Position numbers and translations under genes: made by a program | Shown here: positions 10,634 to 17,736 of the stretch, one piece after another | How the letters are laid out: each line of letters begins with the position of its first letter | How positions within the stretch are numbered: the stretch's first letter is position 1 | Source: Octopus sinensis | Taxonomy: Eukaryota | DNA length: 17,736 nucleotides | Assembly: GCF_006345805.1 (NCBI RefSeq) | Contig: NW_021824766.1 | Span: forward strand, 1-17,736 | Direction of reading: 5' to 3' | The notes under the pieces: model-generated | Databases searched by the model: none | Seen by the model: only the letters and a program-made list of their open reading frames with translations | What the model was told of the DNA's origin: nothing

Positions 10634-10636
<3 letters not shown>
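10369..10636 (+). mobile_element. PLE pseudo-LTR-like island between two (TA)n arrays carrying an intact hammerhead
   Basis: Unique AT-rich segment bounded by (TA)n; contains the HHR at 10410-10456. Confidence 0.6.
10410..10456 (+). ncRNA. Type I hammerhead ribozyme (minimal, PLE-type)
   Basis: CCAC (stem I 5') CTGATGA ATGTC-CTGAGAAGA-GACAT (stem II) GAAA C-CAATT-G T A (stem III, GUA cleavage triplet) GTGG (stem I 3'). All single-stranded core residues are canonical. Confidence 0.8.
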
Positions 10637-10674
<38 letters not shown>

Positions 10675-10846
10675 TATATATATTCAAATATACATTCTAT
10701 TATATACATATTCGCACGTACACGCACAGCAAACATGCCATATGCGCTATGCGCGTATGTGGGTATACATATGTATATATTCTTTCATTCTTTTACTTGT
10801 TTCAAGTTTCAATCATTTAACTGCGGTCATATATATATATATATAC

Positions 10847-11288
10847 ATAATTGTTAAAGAGGACAACAACCGTTAAGGCAAGACAAACATCACAAGTCAT
10901 ATATATTACTATTATTGTAAAAAAATTTTAAGTTTTACAACTGTTTCTGGGATGTCCCTGAGTATGGGATATCACGTGATCAGAGACAAATAGGAAAAAT
11001 GAGAAGAGTACAGATTAGTGAAATGATGACGTAGAGGACAGGATTAAAGGAATAAGGAGATGGAGAGAGAGAAATAAGCGCATAAGTCCTTAGGGGCAAC
11101 CCTGCGTAGATCCATGCGGGTTAAAGTCCTGATATTGTAAACATCGAGAAAAAAGGCGCGAACATACTCTGGGATATCCCAGAAACAGTTGTAAGAATTT
11201 TTTTCCAATAATAATAATAATAATAATAACGTATATGACTTAAGATGTTTGCCTTGCCTTAATGCTTGTTGTCCTCTTTAACAATTAT
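10847..11288. mobile_element. Fold-back element with ~120-bp imperfect inverted arms; probable PLE insertion with inverted partial pseudo-LTR
   Basis: 10847-10966 (ATAATTGTTAAAGAGGACAACAA...TACAACTGTTTCTGGGATGTCCCTGAGTATG) is the reverse complement of 11163-11288 (CATACTCTGGGATATCCCAGAAACAGTTGTA...TTGTTGTCCTCTTTAACAATTAT). A mutated HHR lies on the minus strand at 10932-10987. Confidence 0.8.
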
Positions 11289-11427
11289 ATATCCGCATTA
11301 TCGGAACTCTTCAATGGCTCCATAACTCCCGTCTCAGCTATAATCTCGGAGTCCTAGTAATCCGTTACAGCACTTACCTAGCGTACCTAATCGTTTAGAT
11401 CACCTGTGAACCAAAGCTCCACACTTT

Positions 11428-11470
<43 letters not shown>

Positions 11471-11699
11471 CACACGCAAACATAAATATGTACACACATA
11501 TACATGCGCGCGCACATATGCACATCCATCACTGTTCACGGGATTACCAAAAGCTCATAAATTTTTTTTATTAAAGACGGATCCTGCTGCCATTTTTAAA
11601 TTAGGGGATTTTTTTATATGGCGGAGAGACCTGGACCTTGTAAGAACTTAAAATTAGAGACCAAACAAATAATTAAGGGAGCTTTTAATGAATAAGTAG

Positions 11700-11890
11700 A
11701 TAGACACAGCAACGGTAGCAAGGGTTCTGTTCGAAACTACGTCGCTGATATCTGCTATGAGCAACGCAAGAAAAACAAACATATGACAACGAGCCAAGGG
11801 GCGTATATAGTCACTCGATTTACTAGAAATAGCAGTCAAATTTCCATCAAATCACATCGTTCTATTATATAAATGAAACGGATACACATT
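11700..11890 (+). mobile_element. Degenerate SINE-like repeat
   Basis: B-box-like GTTCGAAACT near 11729, then the body shared with 3455-3542. Confidence 0.45.
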
Positions 11891-11949
11891 CTGTACATAT
11901 GTCATCATTCTTCTAACGATCACTTTTCTGTGCGTGCAAAGGCCAGAGT

Positions 11950-12082
11950 TTTGTTTACGTTGATTCTCTACAGCCGGATGCCTTTCCAGTCACCAATCCT
12001 CACTGGCTTTTACGTAAGTTAATATTTCTCCATAAACAAACATGTTTTCACAGAAGATTAGGAACAGATAACATCGTTTGCA
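11950..12082 (-). mobile_element. SINE fragment with RTE 5'-UTR-related segment
   Basis: CTACAGCCGGATGCCTTTCCAGTCACCAATC is the reverse complement of a GGTTGGCGACAGGAAGGGCATCCGGCTGTA-type motif recalled from RTE-related repeats. Confidence 0.55.
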
Positions 12083-12105
12083 TTATATATATATATACAC
12101 ATACA

Positions 12106-12322
12106 TAGTCCAAATAAGAAGACAAAGAAAAATATTAACGCATCATTAATGACCGGTTACAATCGTTTCTATACTAACTGCTTTCAATACCAGTTCATGC
12201 AAAAGCAGTGTAGAAAGTAGAGTTGATGCATAAACTGATCATTAAAGATGTGTTAATGATCAGATTGTAACTGATCAATAAAGATGTGTCAAAGTCTTTC
12301 TTTGTCGTCTTACTCGGATTAT
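12106..12322. mobile_element. Nested fold-back / inverted-repeat element, probably PLE-derived
   Basis: TAGTCCAAATAAGAAGACAAAGAAA pairs with TTTCTTTGTCGTCTTACTCGGATTA. ACGCATCATTAATGACCGGTTACAATC pairs with GATTGTAACTGATCAATAAAGATGTGT. Internal perfect 11-bp hairpin at 12235-12263. Confidence 0.7.
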
Positions 12323-12371
12323 ATTTTACTCTTCGCCAAACCCACAAAACTTTTTTTACCGTCGTGAAATC

Positions 12372-12433
12372 TAGATTTTCTACACCTGAAGAATTTCTAT
12401 ATTAGACTGGAATCCGACAGTGTAGAATGTCTA
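12372..12433 (+). ncRNA. Degenerate hammerhead ribozyme
   Basis: Stem I TTCTACAC/GTGTAGAA (extendable to about 14 bp), CTGAAGA core and TCTA-TAT-TAGA stem II are present. GAAA is changed to GGAA and stem III/cleavage site have decayed. Confidence 0.55.
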
Positions 12434-12900
12434 AAGCTCGGGTTGAGTGCTGCAGTGAAAATACCCCATTTTTCCACCCACCCAGGACCTGATATATTAT
12501 ATATATATATATATATTAGTTGATTAAGTTAAAACATGGGTCTGGTTTTCATGTTTTTTATTACTGGATTTTTAAAAAATGTTACAATATTGAAGTGTGC
12601 TAAACAATAAAAAATATTTTATACTGTTCATAAAGTTCAATTTTCGCTTTCATACGTTCGTAGTAATCATCAGATTTCAAAATGTATTTAACTAACAGTT
12701 GAGTTCTTGACAACTGTACTAAAACGACTGACCTCTTCCTGTTTACACTTCTTAGCAGGCTCCAACGAGATATATATATATTATATATATAGATATAGAT
12801 ATAGATATATACATACATGCATACATACACATACATAATACATACATACATACATACATACATACATACATACATACATACATACATACATACATACATA

Positions 12901-13067
12901 CACGACTGACTGCTTTCAGTTTCTCTCTACGGAGTCCACACACAAAGCTTTGGTGGGCCCTTCTCTATGGCAGACGACATGTAGTCAAGTTACCACGCAG
13001 AAGAATTGAACACAGAACCATATGGTTTGGAAAACAAATGTCTCCACACACGTCCACGCCTGTGCCT
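12901..13067 (-). mobile_element. tRNA-derived SINE (octopus OR-type-like), degenerate
   Basis: Minus strand starts AGGCACAGGCGTGGACGTGTG...AAACCATATGGTTCTGTGTTCAATTCTTCTGCGTGGTAACTTG, a tRNA-like head with B-box GTTCAATTC. The body ends in a (TATG)n tail. Confidence 0.7.
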
Positions 13068-13439
13068 GTGTGGTTAAAAATATTGCAATCAATAAGAAGG
13101 AATGGTCACGGATGGAAGACATTTGATCATAGGTCTCCTCGGTAACAACTTACCTAGTGTTAAACAACAACAACAGCAATTTCTTATTTGTCTACAGAAT
13201 CTGTTTTATACCATTTTATCCTTTTAACCTTTCAAACAAACGAAATATTAGCGTCATCGCTTTCTCACATTCTCTGAAAAATTTGGTTGTAATTGCACGT
13301 GGAATTGTCTGCCAGACAACCATATGTTGTATGTTTCTCAATCATCTGCCGGAATATTATTGGCAAAGTCTGCCAGAGATAACATTATTTTCTACACAGC
13401 CTGGATCTTCGAGTCTCGAAGAGAAACGAATTGTGAAAT

Positions 13440-13670
13440 TAAACAACAACAGCAAAAGACAACAACAAAAACAGCATTAACAGAAGGAGTAACAACAACA
13501 ACAACTAATAAAAGTAGCAATAACAAAAGGAACAACAACAACAAGCAGAAGAAGAACAACAAGCAGAAGAAGAACAACAAGACGAACACTACTTGTAGAT
13601 TACGTCAGAGTCAACAAGGCAGTTGTTCCCGCACGATGGGGAAGGCTGGGTGTGTATATATGTGTGTATC

Positions 13671-13728
<58 letters not shown>

Positions 13729-13890
13729 TGTATATGTATATGTATATGAGTGTACATCTGTGCATGGTATGTATGTATGTGTTTATATATATATATATAT
13801 ATATATATTGTTATATATCTTTGTATGTGTATATGTGTTTATGTGTGAGTGTATGCACTGTGTGTGTGTGTGTGTGTGTGCCCATGTGCG
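13440..13890. repeat. (CAA)-rich low-complexity tract followed by (TA)n/(TATG)n/(TG)n
   Basis: Directly visible; includes an 18-bp duplication AACAAGCAGAAGAAGAAC. Confidence 0.85.
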
Positions 13891-14244
13891 TGCGGGTGTG
13901 GTCTTTTGTCTCCAAATATTGTAGATAAAGTTTGAAAGAAATCTAAGTATTTTTTCAGGCAGATTTCAATATAACGTACACACATAGCATGTCTACAGCC
14001 ATAACATATACACATCCACAGTTTCACATACATCCTTCCATATGTAAGTATGTATGTATGCATACATTTATAAGTGTGTGTGCGTGTGTGTGTGTGGTGT
14101 GTGTGTGTGTGTGTGCCTTTATCTAACACAATTACGCAGCAATATAGATATGAAATCTGTGACGCTAAAATGTAAGGAAGAAGCCTGAAGCCATGTTAGG
14201 AACATCTGCAGTCGAAGTGGAGTGTCTTGTGAATTAATTTCTTA

Positions 14245-14365
14245 TATTTGGTAAAATATTTTGACTGAAATGTTTGGTAAAGTGGTTTTACTGAAATGTT
14301 TGTTGAAACATTTTTCGAGAAATGTTTGATGATTTTTTAATTTTTTCATTTGAATGTTTGATGAC
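14245..14365. repeat. Degenerate ~26-bp minisatellite
   Basis: Units TATTTGGTAAAATATTTTGACTGAAA / TGTTTGGTAAAGTGGTTTTACTGAAA / TGTTTGTTGAAACATTTTTCGAGAAA / TGTTTGATGA... Confidence 0.65.
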
Positions 14366-14487
14366 AGGAACTATAGAGCGAAATCCTTTATATATTTGGT
14401 GAAACGTTACATTAACTAAAAAAGGCAAAATTTGAACAATTATTTATCGAAGCAGATATAATAGATAAGATCAATACAACAATTGTG

Positions 14488-14556
<69 letters not shown>

Positions 14557-14577
14557 TGTAGCAAAACTGGGCAAATG

Positions 14578-14671
14578 AGTAGCGGCATTTCGTCCGGCTC
14601 TTTACGTTCTAAACTCAAATTCCGCCGAGGTTGACTTTTTCATTCTTTCGGGGTTCGATAAAATAAATACC
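14578..14671 (+). mobile_element. tRNA-derived SINE fragment (family of 5085-5265)
   Basis: TTTACGTTCTAAACTCAAATTCCGCCGAGGTTGACTT...CATTCTTTCGGGGTTCGATAAAATAAATACC. Confidence 0.75.
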
Positions 14672-14691
14672 TCCTCCTCTGAAATTGCTGG

Positions 14692-14772
14692 CGAAATGCT
14701 TAGCGATATTCCGTCTGTCGTTACATTCTGAGTTCAGTTCAAATCCCGCCGAGGTCGACTTTACCTTTCATC
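14692..14772 (+). mobile_element. tRNA-derived SINE fragment (same family, tandem)
   Basis: GAAATGCTTAGCGATATT...GTTCAAATCCCGCCGAGGTCGACTTTACCTTTCATC. Confidence 0.75.
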
Positions 14773-14924
14773 ATGTGCGGGAAAAGAAGGGGAAGACTAT
14801 GCAGAGAGTGGAATGAAAACTTTGCTAAGTTCTTCGGCACCCAAGCAAATGTCAGAATCCCCAATAGTGGGACAGTCCATTTAACCGAGATTATTCTGAT
14901 AATGATGATGATGATGATGATGAT

Positions 14925-15811
14925 ACGTCATCAAAACTGAAAATTGTCTAATGAAAGAAAAATTTAAAGAAGAAATGAACACAAAAAACATAAAAAGCAC
15001 GGAAGAAAAAAAATGTACGATCAGTTTGCCAGAGATGTGTACACCAAGACAGGTACAGAGGACGGTGGCTATGGATGAGGAGGAGTAACCTGAAGATAGA
15101 GACCTCATAAGCGCAGCTCAAGAGCAAGTGTTATGGACCAACTCTATGAAGTGCGGAATGTGTAGTGAGAGGGGTGAAACGGTATGGCACATCGTTAGCG
15201 AATGCCCGAAATTAGCACAACGGGAATACAAAAGATGTCATGACAATGTAGCAAGAATGATCCATTTGGAGCTCTGTGGAAATCACAGCCTACAAAGAGC
15301 AAAGACGTGGTATGAGAAAACCCCAGGAGTTACCGAAAATGAGAATTGCAAAATCTTGTGGAATGTGATGAATGATCCAGTGCGATCACCTGACCAGACA
15401 TCGGAAACCTGACATTATTGTGGTGAATATGAAAGAAAGAGCATGTATGATAATTGACATAGCATGCCCCGGTGACAACAGGATCAATGTGAATTTTTTT
15501 TTAAATAAACAACTATGATGATTTAAAGTGGCAAATACGAAGATTGTGGTCAATGAAGAGAGTAGAGGTGATACCAATAGTAATTGGGGCACTTGTAAGT
15601 ATCAGCACTCAACTACCAACATGGTTGAAAAAGATCAGTGCAAGTGTGAAGGTAGAACATCTACAAAAACCAGCATTGCTTGGAACTGTAAGAATTCTTT
15701 GCAAGGATCTTGAAGCATGACCAGTAAAACAAGTGGCACCTTAGTCTGATGGCTGTGGACAGCTGACACCTTCCATCATACCCAGCAAAATAAGCTGTAA
15801 GCTTTCATCAC

Positions 15812-15839
<28 letters not shown>
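14925..15839 (+). mobile_element. Second 5'-truncated R4/Dong-clade RLE non-LTR retrotransposon, pseudogenised
   Basis: WLWMRRSNLKIET / AAQEQVL / CGMCSERGETVWHIVSECPKLAQREYKRCHDNVA / ILWN / RKPDIIVV...IIDIACPGD / YDDLKWQIRRLW...IPIVIGAL / LQKPALLGTVRIL, stop at 15718-15720. Short 3' UTR and (TAA)n tail; (TGA)n at the 5' junction. Confidence 0.92.
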
Positions 15840-15891
<52 letters not shown>

Positions 15892-15900
15892 AATAATAAT
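15812..15900. repeat. (TAA)n-(CAA)n-(TAA)n
   Basis: Directly visible. Confidence 0.95.
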
Positions 15901-16059
15901 GGGGGTGACGATGTATATAAACACAAAAAATACAGTAAGTAGTTTCCTAAATTGTTCGAATATACCTGAAGCCTATTTGAACTGTAAACCAGTTTGTATT
16001 TATATACATTACTGCTTTGCTTAGTCCCCTTAGTATCTTTTACTTCGGATGAGCAGCTG

Positions 16060-16335
16060 AGTAGCGCAACCATTCATTGAACGATGACAGGAATATCATA
16101 AGGGAGGTCTGTCTTTTGTCAGTTTATGGCGTTCGTTTTTCCGATCTCTGCTGCTGAAGAGGAGATAAGCACTCCGAAATGCATGCATCTCACTGTTTTC
16201 TTAGGTGACTCTGTGAACTGACGCGGTGTATTTACAGCATTCTGTCAAAGCGAGAAATTTTCTCGCTTGACAAACTACAGTGAATGTCTTTCTTACAGGT
16301 TCGAATATGCCTCAAGCATATTTGAACTGGGTGAC
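16060..16335 (+). mobile_element. PLE pseudo-LTR-like island with hammerhead core and two strong hairpins, ending at TA-rich repeat
   Basis: HHR core at 16154-16189; hairpins at 16243-16272 and 16299-16327. The 5' boundary is uncertain. Confidence 0.55.
16154..16189 (+). ncRNA. Hammerhead ribozyme core (stem I not evident)
   Basis: CTGAAGA GGAG-ATAAGCA-CTCC GAAA TGCATGCA T C: canonical core, G-C closed stem II, palindromic stem III ATGCATGCAT and AUC triplet. The flanks CTG and TCA do not pair directly. Confidence 0.65.
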
Positions 16336-16349
16336 ATATATACATATAC

Positions 16350-16381
<32 letters not shown>

Positions 16382-16552
16382 ATATATATATATTATATAT
16401 ATATATATATATCTATCATCACATGTTTCATGTATCTGCGCGCCGTGCGCGTGTGTGTGAGTGTATTATATTATATATTATGTTATATTATATATTATTT
16501 ACATATGTATATTATTCGTGGAATACAACGCCTAAATGTATTGGAACTAAAC

Positions 16553-16644
<92 letters not shown>

Positions 16645-16668
16645 GCAGGCAGGCAGGCAGGCAGGCAG
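16553..16668. repeat. (GATA)n-(GACA)n-(GGCA)n compound microsatellite
   Basis: Directly visible. Confidence 0.95.
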
Positions 16669-16979
16669 GAACACTTGACAGGATTAACAATGTCTCGGGA
16701 AACTAGTGAAAGAGACTTTAACAAGTACAGACATTGCGCTATGCTATGCTCTCCTCTTTACTAAAGATATTTCTCTAGAACTTTCCCCCCTCCATTTAGC
16801 AGTAAATAGGCCCCATGTAGAGATACAGTTCTCTGTGAATTGTCACAAATGCACTCGGTATAATTAATGACTCTGTTGTTAGTGGTGGGAGTTCGAATCC
16901 AACAGCGGTTACTGACAGGATAACTTTCAAATTCTCTCTCAACCGCAACAGGCTTTTGGTCTGTCTGTCTGTTTAGCGC

Positions 16980-17253
16980 TCCCCTTCTCTATCTCGCAGT
17001 CTGTCTCGCTTTCTATCTATCTACTTCTTTCCCACACAGTCTATCTTTCTCTCTCTTTCTCACTCTCTCACTCTCCATCTCTTCAACACACACACACACA
17101 CACGTACATACACAATCACTTTCATGTTTCATCGTCACACTTTCTCTTTGACATTCCCAGACACACAGACACACACACACACACACCAATACATACAATA
17201 ACTCCTTCTCCTTCCCCACCTCTCCCTCTCACACACACGCGCGCATTTAATTT

Positions 17254-17296
<43 letters not shown>

Positions 17297-17635
17297 CTCT
17301 CGTGCTTTCATTTCCCTATCGCTCTCTCTTTCTCTCTCGTTCATACATTCATTTCTCCAGCTTCTCTTTCTCACTCATTCTCTTCGATTACTCTCCCTCT
17401 CTTGTATTCTTTGCCCTATCACCCTCTCCCCTCCCTCTTTCTCTCAAGCATTCGTTTCCCTTATTCTCTCTCTCTCTCTCTCTCTCTCATGCAACCGCGC
17501 ACGCAGACACATACTCTTCTTCTGTCTCTCCCTCTCTCTGTCATTCTGTCTCACTGCTACTCCCTATCTGTATCTCGTTTCCTCTCCCTCTCACACTAAC
17601 CCATTTCCTTCCCCCTCCCTCTTCCTCATTCCTCC
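16980..17635. repeat. CT-rich/(CA)n low-complexity polypyrimidine region
   Basis: Directly visible. Confidence 0.85.
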
Positions 17636-17736
17636 AATCCACAAGAGAGATCACCAAGAGCGACTAAAGAAAGCAACAATGGCGACTGGATTTGATAGAG
17701 TGTCGTCTGCTCTTCCCTTAAGCGGCATGAGGATTT

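Noticed and set aside
11378-11403. Minus-strand 26-nt microexon with CAG acceptor and GTAAGT donor
   Set aside because: Stops in all three frames and no supporting gene context; a non-coding exon cannot be excluded.
13255-13400. Minus-strand VVWQTIPRAIT resembling a Tc1 transposase C-terminus
   Set aside because: Too short and degenerate; no TIR or DDE motif seen.
13401-13434. Palindrome TCTTCGAG-T-CTCGAAGA followed by GAAAC
   Set aside because: The 5' core is only CTGGA, the triplet would be GUG and there is no stem I, so it is not supportable as an HHR.
14245-14365. Repeat-spacer periodicity as a CRISPR array
   Set aside because: Units are short, degenerate and AT-rich, the context is eukaryotic and there are no cas genes.
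14775-14897. Possible third, very old Dong 3' end (GTVHL..IIL)
   Set aside because: The similarity requires several frameshifts and cannot be distinguished from chance by eye.
16890-16900. B-box AGTTCGAATCC as a tRNA gene
   Set aside because: No cloverleaf or clear A-box; at most a SINE head remnant.

Overview
AT-rich eukaryotic non-coding DNA made mostly of microsatellites and decayed transposable elements. The SINE and microsatellite content resembles cephalopod (Octopus-like) DNA; this is an inference from recalled repeat families. No intact protein-coding gene is supported, and most ORFs in the track are microsatellite artefacts. Recognisable relics: two Penelope-like element (PLE) coding fragments (linker + GIY-YIG at ~159-805, +; RT core at 10103-10300, -), two R4/Dong-type RLE LINE 3' fragments in trinucleotide repeats, a CR1-type 3' end, an RTE-type 3' end, a non-autonomous Helitron and several tRNA-derived SINEs. 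The most notable signal is about eight unrelated minimal type-I hammerhead ribozyme (HHR) motifs in PLE pseudo-LTR-like islands between simple repeats. One has a fully intact core (10410-10456). One lies in a fold-back structure whose two arms together reconstruct the ancestral ribozyme (10847-11288). All analysis was by eye and boundaries are approximate.
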